Shown one piece after another: positions 23,628 to 35,349 of a stretch of DNA of 43,322 nt. Location: positions 1 through 43,322 of the forward strand of contig NW_025214415.1 in the NCBI RefSeq assembly GCF_004010195.1, in the 5' to 3' direction. The translations under genes were made by a program, and so were the position numbers. The DNA comes from Chiloscyllium plagiosum (taxonomy: Eukaryota). The first letter of the stretch is position 1; every line of letters starts with the position of its first letter. The notes beneath the pieces were generated by a model, which did not search any database, had not been told where the DNA came from, and was given only the letters and a program-made list of their open reading frames with translations.

Positions 23628-24232
23628 CGAGATAAGGAACAGTGAGAAAAGAAGTCAGTAGCCGGTGTAGTTGACAAGCCCACTCGCAGTAACCAGAGTG
23701 AAAAATAAGACGTAAAAGAAAAAGTAAAGTGTGTGAGTGCTAAAAGATGGCAGTCATCATGGGTGATCTTAATTTCCCCTCTCCCACTCCCGGTTCTATT
23801 GTAAAGAATCTTTAGAGAACAATAATCAATAAAATACGTATGGCCCATAGAACAAGACGAGCCATATCTTGGTCATCGATTACTTTACAGGAGACTTAGT
23901 TTCCGTCTTTTCTTGGAAACCATCTGAACCACACTTTTATTGGGTTTCTTTCCATATTAATATTAGTCTGTCTTTTGATTATTCCTAACAAAGTGCATGA
24001 CCTCACACTCACAACATGAAACTGCAAGATTTTTCCATTCACTCATACTATCGAAATCTTTTTGCAGTTTTCACGTCCTCATCAAAATAAGCCCGCTCAC
24101 TGATTGCGTATCGGCAGCAGAACTGGACACATTTCACTCTGCCACGTCCTTCAAGTCATTAAGACAGATAAATCATTGAACCCCGATGACTGATCATTTT
24201 GGATTTCACTAATTATATGTTTCCAACTTGAA
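23628..24232 (+). repeat. Near-identical duplicated segment, copy 2 (copy 1 at 6127-6732)
   Basis: Direct sequence comparison. Confidence 0.95.
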
Positions 24233-24439
24233 GTATTAACCAGTCCTTCTGCATGGTGTAAATCAATGACAGCCTCCAAGATGCACTGTATAAATTTACC
24301 AAGGCTCTGAACAAAGTACATCCAAAGACATGACAACGAAGAAATGGAAGGGCAGGGGAAGCAGATGAATGGGAGGGTTATGATTTGGAGCCAGTGATCA
24401 AACCTGGTTAAATGAAGAGTAGAAGACTTGAATTTATAT

Positions 24440-25535
24440 CGTCAGGAAGTATGGGATACAGTGAGATTTGGCGATCTGGAATCAGAATTGGCTGGCTGAC
24501 AGAAGGCAGAGAGTGGTTGTAGATTGAAAATATTCTGCCTGGAGGACAGTGTTGATTGGGGTCCCGCAGGGCTCTGTTCTTGGGACTCTGCTCTTTGTAG
24601 TTCTTATAAATGACTTGGATGAGGAGGTTGAAGAGTGGGTTAGTAAGTTTGCAGATGGCACTATGGTTGCAGGTATCGTCGACAGTATAGACGGTGACTT
24701 CAGGCTGCAACGCGACATAGATAGGATGCAGATCTGAGCTGAGAAATGACACATGGAGTTCAACCTGGATGCATTTTGGAAGGTGGAATACGAATGCTGA
24801 ACATAAGATTAAAAACAGAATCCTTGGCAGTGTCGTGGAACAGAGGGATCTGGGTATGCAAGTACATAGATCCCTCAAAGTTGCCACCCAAGTGGATAGG
24901 GTTATTAAGAAAACATATGGAGTTTTGGCTTTCATTAAGGGGGATTGAGTTTAAGAGCTGCGAGGTTTTGCTGCAGCTCTACAAGTCCCTGGTGAAACCA
25001 CACTTGGAATATTGCGTCCAGTTCTGGTCTCCCTACTATAGGAAAGATGCAGAGGCTTCGGGGAAAGCGCAAAGAAGGTTTACCGGGATGCTGCCTCGAC
25101 TGGAGGGCTTGCCTTATGAAGAAAGTTTGAATAAGCTCGGACTTTTCTCTCTGGAGTGAAGCAGGAAGAGAGGAGACCTGATCGACGTATAGAAAATAAT
25201 ACGAGGAATAGATACAATCAATAGGAAGAGACTTTTCCCCCGGTCAGGACGAATGGTATGAGAAGTCATAGTTTGAAGATATTAGGAGGAAGGTATAAAG
25301 GAGATGTTAGAGGTAGGTTCTTTATGCAGAGAGTTGTGAATGCATGGAATCGATTGCCAACTGTGGTCATGGAAGCAGAGTCATTGGGGACATTGGTGCG
25401 ACTCCTGGGCATGCACATGGATAGCAGTGAGTTGAGGGGTGCGTAAGTTAAGTTACTATATTTGACATTAGGATTAAATCTCGTGGGCCAAAGGGCCTGT
25501 TCTGTGCTGTACTTTTCTATGTTCTATGTTCTATG
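24440..25535 (+). mobile_element. CR1 LINE, 5'-truncated, with intact 3' tail
   Basis: GVPQGSVLG, INDLDE, KFADGT, YKSLVKPHLEYCVQFWSP, FFMQRVVNAWN; (TTCTATG)3 tail at 25515-25535. Confidence 0.95.
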
Positions 25536-25879
25536 AGTGCTTACACTGGGTATACCTAAATGTAAGGTGTCAACCTGGTGAAGCTACGACACAGAAATAG
25601 TTGCATTCCAGAAACCATAAGAAGCAACGTATAGACAAGGCTAATTGACTTCATCACTCACGGATCAGACAGAAACTCTGCAATCCTGCCACCTCCCATC
25701 ATAAATGATGCGGGACAATATAATAAATCATTTCTTTCACATGAACTACGAGGCTGAGGGATACAAAATAGATCCTTTCGAAATTATGACAGGCATGGAA
25801 GTAATGGATAATGGAAGTCTTTTACACAGACCACAGGAGACATAGGTTTAAAGTGTTATCCAGCAGACCAGACCCAGAC

Positions 25880-27985
25880 GTATGGTATGCAGATTGATTT
25901 TGCTTGTGATCGTCATACATTCTGAGAAACAGTGAAGAATATTATGTTGCATTCTCTTCAGTACAAATCATACCTTACACAAGGACATCAGTTTAATATA
26001 GTTTCACAGCTTTTGAACAGGTGCAGAGAAGGATCAACTCTATATATGACAGGTCCATTCATAAGTTTGATAACAGCACGGAAGAAATTGTTCCTGCATC
26101 CATTGGTGCGTATTTTCAAACATTTGCATCTTCTGTCCGATGGAAGAGGTTGGGAAAGACCATAGCGGTGGTGGGAGGGGCCTTTGATTGTGTTAGCTGC
26201 TTTCCTGAAGCAGTGGGAATTCAATAACGAGTCAATGGAAGGAAATGTGATTTGCGTGATGGATTGTGTTAGATACACGCACCTCTGTAATTTCTTGCAG
26301 TACGGCCAGAGCAGTTACCATACGAAGCGTCTGGATAGAATGCTTTCTGCAGTGCAATGTTAAAAAGTGGTCAGAGTCATTGCTAAAATGCTAGATTTTC
26401 TTCCCCGTCAGAGGAGGTTGATGCATTGATGTGCTTTCTTGACTGTAGAGTTGACATGGATAGACTGATTGTTTGTAATATTTATTACTCGGAAATTGAA
26501 GCTGTCCATTACCTCCAAATCAGCACCAATGACAGAGACCAGTGTGTGTCCTTCAGTCCAATTCCTGAAGTCAATGGCTAGTTCCCTTGTTTTGCTGACA
26601 TTGAGGGAAAGATTGTCGTCTTAACACCATGTCACTATGCGCTATTTCCTGTAGGAGAAAGTGAGGACTGCAGATGCTGGAGATCAGAGCTGAAAAATGT
26701 ATTGCTGGAAAAGCACAGCAGGGCAGGCAGCATCCAAGGAGCTGGAGAATAGACGTTTCTGGCATAAGCCCTTCTTCAAGCAGGCTAAGATAAAAGGTAG
26801 GGAGGAGGTACTTGGAGGAGGGGCGTTGGGAATGTGGAGGTGGAAGGAGGTTAAGGTGAGAGTGATAGGTCGGAGTGGGGGTGGGGGCGGAGAGGTCAGG
26901 AAGAAGATTGCAGNNNNNNNNNNNNNNNNNNNNNNNNNNNNNNNNNNNNNNNNNNNNNNNNNNNNNNNNNNNNNNNNNNNNNNNNNNNNNNNNNNNNNNN
27001 NNNNNNNNNNNNNNNNNNNNNNNNNNNNNNNNNNNNNNNNNNNNNNNNNNNNNNNNNNNNNNNNNNNNNNNNNNNNNNNNNNNNNNNNNNNNNNNNNNNN
27101 NNNNNNNNNNNNNNNNNNNNNNNNNNNNNNNNNNNNNNNNNNNNNNNNNNNNNNNNNNNNNNNNNNNNNNNNNNNNNNNNNNNNNNNNNNNNNNNNNNNN
27201 NNNNNNNNNNNNNNNNNNNNNNNNNNNNNNNNNNNNNNNNNNNNNNNNNNNNNNNNNNNNNNNNNNNNNNNNNNNNNNNNNNNNNNNNNNNNNNNNNNNN
27301 NNNNNNNNNNNNNNNNNNNNNNNNNNNNNNNNNNNNNNNNNNNNNNNNNNNNNNNNNNNNNNNNNNNNNNNNNNNNNNNNNNNNNNNNNNNNNNNNNNNN
27401 NNNNNNNNNNNNNNNNNNNNNNNNNNNNNNNNNNNNNNNNNNNNNNNNNNNNNNNNNNNNNNNNNNNNNNNNNNNNNNNNNNNNNNNNNNNNNNNNNNNN
27501 NNNNNNNNNNNNNNNNNNNNNNNNNNNNNNNNNNNNNNNNNNNNNNNNGGATGGCGTTTTTACAGAGGGCAGGGTGGGAGGAGGTGTAATCTAGGTCGGT
27601 TTTGAGACCTACCCACTATCGTGGTGTCATTAGTAAATATTTACATGGAGTTCGAGCTGAATTTGGCGGAACAGTCACGAGAGGGTAAGAAATATTGAAA
27701 GGGGCTGAGTACACAGCGTTGAAGGGCACCAGTATTGCGTATTATTGAAGAGGAGGAGATCCCAACACTCCTCATTTATTGTGATCTGCAGGTCAGAAAG
27801 TTAAAGATCAAGTTCTCGATGTGAGGAAAGTCCTAGGACTCAGACTCTGTCGATGAGTCTTGTTGGCATTAGGGTCTTCAAGACAGAGCTAAAGCCAATA
27901 TACAGAAGTCTGATGTAGGTGTCCATGTTATCCAAATGTTCCAGGGATGAGTGAAGTGCCAGAGAGATGGGGTCTGCATGGATCA
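25880..27985 (-). mobile_element. Rex1/Babar-clade LINE fragment, interrupted by a Penelope insertion
   Basis: C-terminal LPSDRRCKCLKIRTNGCRNNFFRAVIKLMN (LPSGRRY...RT.R..NSFFP.AI.LLN type); RT start ISLALHSSLEHLDNMDTYIRLL at ~27900-27970. Confidence 0.8.
26655..27592 (-). mobile_element. Penelope-like element nested in Rex1/Babar (mostly in a gap)
   Basis: 26655-26780 is the reverse complement of the pLTR at 19980-20110; mutated hammerhead TTGAAGA...GAAACGTC on the minus strand. Confidence 0.82.
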
Positions 27986-28755
27986 ATTATGATCGTGGCG
28001 AATTATCGAGGACCTGAGCAATCTGGGAATTAATGTTTACCATTCCTAACCTGTTGAAGCACTTCATAGATGAGTTCGGCCATAATTGTATTAAAAATCG
28101 GAGCAGGTTCGAGGACCCGAATTCCAGACTCATGCTCCTATTTCTTGTGTTCATTTGTTCTTTTAGCTCAGAGGGAAACATGTTAACGAAGGTTCCTGGC
28201 AGACAATGAAGATCCACACACACAAATCCCATTTCTCGGCTATAAGCCCATCGTCCTGAAGGTTTCAGCAATGCATGGGATTATTGAAATACCACAAAGG
28301 TAATATGAATGCTTATGATTCAAACATTCATCCTAATAATGAGAGTGTGTGAGACTTTACGTTCTTCTGGGTGTATGGTAGCCAACTGCAAAATGAACCT
28401 CAGCAGGAACCTCAAAGAGGAGGGTATCAGAGTAAGGAGCACAAGCAGTCCAAGANNNNNNNNNNNNNNNNNNNNNNNNNNNNNNNNNNNNNNNNNNNNN
28501 NNNNNNNNNNNNNNNNNNNNNNNNNNNNNNNNNNNNNNNNNNNNNNNNNNNNNNNNNNNNNNNNNNNNNNNNNNNNNNNNNNNNNNNNNNNNNNNNNNNN
28601 NNNNNNNNNNNNNNNNNNNNNNNNNNNNNNNNNNNNNNNNNNNNNNNNNNNNNNNNNNNNNNNNNNNNNNNNNNNNNNNNNNNNNNNNNNNNNNNNNNNN
28701 NNNNNNNNNNNNNNNNNNNNNNNNNNNNNNNNNNNNNNNNNNNNNNNNNNNNNNN

Positions 28756-28940
28756 AATGGGCAAAGCCCTGTCCATTACAATACAAAGTGGAGAGTGTCA
28801 GGGAGAATCGACAGACACTTTAGTTTAAATGGGGACATGTTATAGGACTCTGACGTTGAGAGGGATCTGTGTGTCCTGGGATATTAAAACACATTGAGTT
28901 AATCTGCAGGGGCAGTAAGGTATTAGCAAGGCAAAGGGAT
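28756..28940 (+). mobile_element. Decayed CR1 RT fragment
   Basis: TTTAAATGGGG...GAGAGGGATCTGTGTGTCC resembles the LNG...ERDLGV segment of CR1 RT. Confidence 0.5.
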
Positions 28941-29148
28941 GAAGTTTTCGTTTGTTCATCGGACGTGAGCATCACTGGCTGGACACAGAATTTATCCCTT
29001 ATTCCCATCAGCCCTTGAGAAGATGGTAGTGAACTGCCTTATTGAACTGATGTACTCCATAAAATATTATTTTTGGAGAAACTGAATGTCGCAGAAATTA
29101 AACTGCAGCTTTTTGTATTCCCAGTCCCAATTTTAAACATAACTGTTT

Positions 29149-29390
29149 GGGTGGCACAGTGACTCAGTGGTTAGCATTGCTGCCTCAGAGTTCCAGGGAC
29201 TCGCGTTTGATTCCAGTATCGTGCGACTGTAAATGGAGTTTGTAAGTTCTCCCCGTGTTTGCGTGGGGTCTGGTTTGCTTCGACATGTGCGGGTTAAGTA
29301 ATATTGGCCATGCTAAATTGCCCATAGTGATCAATATGTGAAGGTTAGGTGCATGAGTCAGGGAAATGTACAGTGATAGGGCAGGGGCAT
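29149..29390 (+). mobile_element. HE1-like SINE (decayed)
   Basis: GGGTGGCACAGTGACTCAGTGGTTAGCATTGCTGCCTCA head; GGCCATGCTAAATTGCCCATAGTG core. Confidence 0.88.
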
Positions 29391-29544
29391 TTCACACCGC
29401 TGGGATTATATATTCATTTACTCTCGTCTGAGTGAGAGACTGGAATTCCATGCGTTGTCAGCAAGCTGATGTACAGCAGAACAAAGTCTCTAAGCTAATT
29501 GAGGGGACCAATTCGTAGAACAGGGAGAGAATAAGGAAAAAAAA

Positions 29545-29750
29545 AAACAAATTGCTGATAAAAGCTCAGCAGTTTTGGCAACATCTGAACAGAGAAACCA
29601 GAGTTACCACGCCGTATCTGGTCACCGTTTATCTGAGCCAGACCTGAAACTTTAACGCTGATTTCTCTTCAAAGATGCTGCCAGACCTGCTGAGGTTTTT
29701 CAGTAATTTTTGGTTTTGTTTCTGAGTGACAGCATCTGCAGTTCTTTCAG
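29545..29750. mobile_element. Palindromic MITE-like (probably Penelope-derived) repeat
   Basis: ~57 bp imperfect inverted arms at 29550-29606 and 29652-29708; ends with CAGCATCTGCAGT, as does the Penelope pLTR at ~20084. Confidence 0.75.
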
Positions 29751-29779
29751 ATTGTATTTAGGGAGTGAATGGGGTTAAG

Positions 29780-30075
29780 TTCAGAGTAAAGCTGTTTCTG
29801 CACTTCAGCTTTTCTAACTCCCAGACCATGTTCACCGTGGAATTAGATAATGACGAAGTCAACCCCTATCCCCACACTGTCCCTATCAAATGCACTTAGC
29901 ATAGTTATATCACTGGCTTAAAGGCAGAGGACATTTTCCTGTACAATTTCTCCAACTAAACCTCCTAGGGTCCGGGAAAAATAGGGTTAAATACAATGTA
30001 CAGATATGTCCACAAACACTCCCGTGTCAGGGAAGCTCTGTGTTAGATTACAGAGTACAGCTGCCTCTACAGGGT
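29780..30075 (+). repeat. Degenerate ~65-70 bp tandem (minisatellite) repeat
   Basis: Recurring CAGAGTAAAGCT / CACTGTCCC.ATCAAA / ACTCCCAG / GTTAGAT motifs; related array at 31320-31500. Confidence 0.6.
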
Positions 30076-31319
30076 CTATCACAAACTCGTACATAGCTCA
30101 TACGCACAGGCACGCTGTCATGCAGTCACACATGTTCAGACACACGCACAGTCGAGCATTGCAAACTCCCCATCTCAGAACATCACACTCGAACACAACC
30201 TCTCACTCAGCCAATGTCAGCCAGCAACTCTCAGTCCATCAGTCAAAGACAGCTCAAAGCCACACTCGCTCATTCACATACACAGTTACTCTTTCACAAA
30301 TGTGTACTAATGATACACAATCCGAGAGGCTTGCTTAATGGTAAATCAATTTCTTTATTTTTAGAGAACACAAAATTTGAAGGCAAAATACGTCAGGCTG
30401 GTCCTTGATAAATGACTGTTATCTGGATAAAATACATCTTACTCCACGCTAAATCTCTGACACATTCTGAACAAGACCACGCACCTACAATTCAGTAGCT
30501 GACCTGTCATATTACTATCGTATTTTCGTCTTGAAGTTTGGAAAGTTAGACAGACTTTTCAAAATCTCAGGGCACGGACTTTAAAAGGATTCTGGAATCT
30601 GCATCTTAATCAATGGAAACTTTGTAACAGAGTTCTGCATATCCTGCCTTTACAGTTTAATTTGGAAATTAACATTTCTCCAATATAGGAATGCATGAAT
30701 GGACAAAAAGCTTTTCACACATTTGCCCCTCACCTGTGCTGACAGAATTCAGACTCAAACTGAAGCTTCTCTGCTCCTGCATCCAGTTTACCATTGTACC
30801 ATTTGGTTTAGATAATCCCTCCTCTAACGTCGAAATTGAATCGATTCACATCCCAGTTTATTTCATCTGCAGGAGGCCGAGAGATGAAAATGTATAAAGT
30901 GTACGATGTGTTTTAATCTGCAAAACCAGGACAAATGATTCCAAAAGTGTCAGTAGCCATTATAGGTTTGTTTCAGGTAGCCATTTCATGTCAGCACAGC
31001 GCTGACAGCGACTTTATAAACAGGGAAAGGCAAATGAATGCAGCGTAGATTCATAGAACTATAGTTGGACGGCACGGGTTCAATGGCCAGGGAAATGACA
31101 CAAGCCCAGGACTGTATCCCAGGAATTTTGAATAGTCTAAAATGATGAAAGTTTGAGAGTCAATGATCGGAACTGCAGGATTAGATAGGGAGAAAATATT
31201 GTTGTTGCTTCTGGAATCTATAAATAGGTTCAGTGTCGAGTAATCTAACAATAGACTGGAACCCTTTGAAAATCTCAGGCCACATTCAGCATGAGGTTAG
31301 GTTTTGTTTTAACCACCCG

Positions 31320-31500
31320 ACACTGTCCCCATCAGTCTCTAACACAGGCATAGCGTTCAGTACAGATTAAAGCCCAATTACTCTGTTCCCATCAACCACT
31401 CCCAGGTCAGGAACAGCACTGAGTTAGATAAAGAATAAATCTCCCTTTGCATTTTCCACATCAAACCCTCCCAGGACAGGGAAAATACTGTTCCAGATAG
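31320..31500 (+). repeat. Degenerate ~65 bp tandem repeat (about 3 units)
   Basis: CTGTCCCCATCA..., CTGTTCCCATCAACCACTCCCAGGTCAGG and CATCAAACCCTCCCAGGACAGG spaced about 60-70 bp apart. Confidence 0.7.
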
Positions 31501-32429
31501 GAAACAAAACTTCGTCCATATAACCAGAAAATGACTGCATTCCATCTGCTGTTGCCTTGCCTATTGTGGGTCACAGAGTGAGCTCCGAAACACCTCCAGG
31601 GCAATCATATCCTGTACCAGTGGCTGTGGCTCTCTATCTGTGTCTGTGAGTCTCTCTCGGTTTCTGAAATTACCTCCCATTCCCTCGACAATGTCGAATA
31701 AATTTCAAAACCGTTCAATTACGTTTAAAACATTTTCGGATACCCTTAAGATTTTTTGCAGGGTTTATAAATATCCATCCTCACGTTACTTGCGGATATC
31801 CAGTGTAATTCCTCTACATTTATATAGTCCGTAATCCACAAAGCAAATTAACATTCAGGGTCCGTGAACAATCCGGAGGTTCCATGAATTGTCTCTCTTT
31901 ATTGCATGCGATTGGTCATTAACAGTAAGGAAGCGTTCCTATGACCTTTTTCACTGAGACGCCATCAGGAATCCTGAGGACCACTTTGATTCTCAGACTT
32001 GACTATTCATCGTCACTGCAAAGAAAAATCAAATTTTCAAGATGCAGGAAAATCTCAACGAAAACGACTACTGATGTGCTTCCTCAATGTAATCACTGAT
32101 ACTATTTAGGATGAGATTTTGAGGAGGACATTTAGCTGAATGAAACCAGGAGCAGGACGCAGCCATTCAGCCCCTACAGCCTCCTCTTCATTCAATGTGA
32201 TCATGCTTGATTCCCGATCTCAACGCTATATTCCCACTTGCTGTCCAGAGGTCGCGGTAGAGAATGGTACAATTACAACAATTAGTTCACGTTTGTCGGA
32301 GGAATCGAAGAGAAACTGATTGATCCCGTTGAAAATGGTGAGAAGTTCTTAAACATTATCGTTCAGGGGGATATATGGTATCAGAACTTTAACTGACAGT
32401 GGGGTCAATGATGTGGAGGACAATTGATA

Positions 32430-32812
32430 CAGAAGAGTACAGTGCCCTTCAGCCCTCGATGATTTGCTGATCGGTTAATCTACTTTAAGATCAAACTAAT
32501 CTGCATAACCTATCTTCCATGGGCCTATCCAAGAGTCGCGTAAACATCCATAATGCATCTGATTGAACTACCACCGCCACAGAGTCTGGTCGGTGCATAG
32601 AAAGAACTTACCTCTCATCTCCCCAATAACCTTCCTCCAATCACTTTTAAATTATGGCTCATTATGAAGACATTTCTGTACTGGGAAGAAGTCTCTGGCT
32701 AGTCATTCTATCTGTGGTTCTTATCATCATATACACCCCTATCAATTCACCCCGCATCCTTCTTCACTCCAATGAGAAAAGCCCTCGGCCCCTCAATATT
32801 ACTTCATAAGAA
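32430..32812 (-). mobile_element. Decayed CR1 3' fragment
   Basis: Resembles 7170-7590 (GCCCTTCAGCCC...CTTCTTCACTCCAATGAGAAAAGCCC). Confidence 0.65.
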
Positions 32813-32814
32813 AT

Positions 32815-32915
32815 GGGCGGCACGGTGGCACAGTGGTTAGCACTGCTGCCTCACAGCGCCTGAGACCCGGGTTCAATTCCCGCCTCAGGCGACTGACTGT
32901 GTGGAGTTTGCACGT
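32815..32915 (+). mobile_element. Young HE1-like SINE 5' end (runs into a gap)
   Basis: GGGCGGCACGGTGGCACAGTGGTTAGCACTGCTGCCTCACAGCGCC...GGGTTCAATTCC, with intact A and B boxes. Confidence 0.92.
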
Positions 32916-33365
32916 NNNNNNNNNNNNNNNNNNNNNNNNNNNNNNNNNNNNNNNNNNNNNNNNNNNNNNNNNNNNNNNNNNNNNNNNNNNNNNNNNNNNN
33001 NNNNNNNNNNNNNNNNNNNNNNNNNNNNNNNNNNNNNNNNNNNNNNNNNNNNNNNNNNNNNNNNNNNNNNNNNNNNNNNNNNNNNNNNNNNNNNNNNNNN
33101 NNNNNNNNNNNNNNNNNNNNNNNNNNNNNNNNNNNNNNNNNNNNNNNNNNNNNNNNNNNNNNNNNNNNNNNNNNNNNNNNNNNNNNNNNNNNNNNNNNNN
33201 NNNNNNNNNNNNNNNNNNNNNNNNNNNNNNNNNNNNNNNNNNNNNNNNNNNNNNNNNNNNNNNNNNNNNNNNNNNNNNNNNNNNNNNNNNNNNNNNNNNN
33301 NNNNNNNNNNNNNNNNNNNNNNNNNNNNNNNNNNNNNNNNNNNNNNNNNNNNNNNNNNNNNNNNN

Positions 33366-33965
33366 NTAGAAATAACTTCTGCATGTGTCCTCCTAAATTC
33401 TGCTACTCTTCTCTTCCCTGTTTCCTGCATTTTCAATTTGTGTCATTTGCAAATTCTGAAGACTTGTCCTGCTGTCTGGAGGTTGACAGTGACTAAAGCT
33501 CGATTTCCACAACAAAGACTCCCAAGCCAAGCGTCAGCATGCTGACATCTCTTGATGTCAGTGACCAGGTCCGCATTGACAAAGTGGGAGTTTGAGATTC
33601 AGAAACTAAGTTACTGTGACACTCTGTTCTGTCCATTGACTCTCCACCCCTCAGTGAAATTCAAATAATGTAGTTCCCTGTTAAAAGCGTCAGTTGGATC
33701 CGCCTCCATCAGAACTCCAGCAGGTCCCTCCGCACAAACACCAAGCGTTGTGTGAACAAAAAACATCTCTTACTACACATCTGTTACTTTTGCAGATAAT
33801 TTCAGCCTGTGTTGTCTCATTCTTGAACCTTATATTCGGGGAACAGTTTCTCCCAGAGGTGTCATGATTTTTGAAAATCTCATCAGATTCCCAATCTGAA
33901 AAGTTCCATTCTTTCCAATCCATCCCCATGATTGAAGGTGCGGACCCAGGAACAAATGCACCCAA
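33366..33965 (-). pseudogene. env: Cysteine-rich env(SU)-like remnant
   Basis: Lies downstream of pol; EIICKSNRCVVRDVFCSHNAWCLCGGTC and AWLGSLCCGNRA; N-glycosylation sequons (NFS, NET). No TM part is visible. Confidence 0.5.
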
Positions 33966-34139
33966 TATTCCAGTAATCTGTAGTGATTAAGGAAGTGAGC
34001 TCACTCTCCACCACCTTCTCGGTAGGAATAGGTGACGGCACAGACAGTGAAGGCTACATTCTTTAGGAGGGTCTCCCCATCAGAGTTTTCAGGTCCCCAG
34101 TTGATTAGAACAGAGTCTATGTCCATAGATCTTTGCAGG

Positions 34140-34900
34140 GGCCTGACATGCAACGCCAGCCTATGCTTCTCCAACAAATACCTGACCAATGAAATGATTC
34201 CTTTATGAATGAGTAAATGCAGAGAAATATTTATACTTTTCAGTGTAATTCTCTGGTTGTACAATCGACTAGAATCTGCTGTAAAATATAGTCTCCATGA
34301 GGTGTTCGGAAGTGTATCAGGTGTACAGTAGATATTCGATCCTTTTGAATGGCTGGACTTAACCCAGTGGAAGAGTTCCTGTCCTAAACACACGCAGGTT
34401 CAATTCCCAAGCAAAGTCACAGGGCACAGGTGTCACATCGGTTCCCTTGGAACTAGCTGTCCAAGCTCCGTGTGTAATTGTCAGTGTCCCTCTGTGCAGC
34501 ATATACTGAGGCCCGCAGTGACTCATTCCTGGATGTGCCATTCCCCCTGGGGAACACTGAGACATGGAGATTCTACAGAGGCTGCGCAGTGGGGCCTGAC
34601 CCCTGAGTCCCATCAACCTGCAGCTGGGTCTCTGACCTCACAATGGGAGATAACCCTCTCTCAGCTCGAGCTGGAGATTCAACAACAGCCAATAGTATTG
34701 CTCCCTGGAGCACGACCGCTTAAAAGTGAAGGAAAGGAAATCAGAGAATGTTGCTCGAATAGAGAGAGCAATAGCTAGAGAAACTGAAGTTCTCACGTGT
34801 CCAAAATCAGGTTGGAATGCAGTGACTTCAGCGACTCGAGCTGTCTTTTGCCATTTGAACTGAACTGATTCTGAAATATGAAAATTAAATCGAGGAACTT
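34140..34900 (-). pseudogene. Two tandem Ig V-set-like domains, frameshifted, inside the ERV
   Basis: Domain 1 across frames: VQFKWQK ... LSFTF ... LLNLQLE..EG / HCEV ... GSG. Domain 2: KGTDVTPVPCDF ... FHWVK ... RLYFTADSS ... RITLKSINIS ... RLALHV. Confidence 0.55.
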
Positions 34901-35349
34901 ACTTCGTGTCAATAAGGGGGAAAGTGGACTTTATATTCCAACATCAATAAGTGTTAAGCGTAATTTTTAATGAATCCTAATCATACGTTACTTATTATAT
35001 TGCAAATTAACAAATGCTCACAATCTGCTGTAGACTCTTATTTTGTCTGAGTTCCATCCGCTTTCGTCAAAAATTAAAAATGCAGCAATTAAAAGGATTT
35101 AGTGACAAAGAACAAAGAGGGGAACCGGAGGGAACGGAAACAAAATGGAAGTGCAGGAATGATGAGATAACAAAATGATAAGGGTGCAAAACAGAACCTC
35201 TGCATCCCAACTTTCTTTCCCAAAGTTGCTTGGAAGCACAAAGTAAAAGGTCGGGAATGGGGTTTGTGGTGGAATTGAGCATAAGTGCCAAAATATTACT
35301 GGAAGCTATGAAATGCTGGGACGAGGATTGGAATCAGGAAGTGTGGCCA

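Noticed and set aside
29780..31500. Spaced repeats suggestive of a CRISPR array
   Set aside because: The units are degenerate along their whole length with no unique spacers, the context is eukaryotic, and no cas genes are present.
32815..32890. tRNA-like sequence with good A and B boxes
   Set aside because: It is a SINE head: it continues into the SINE body and has no proper cloverleaf.
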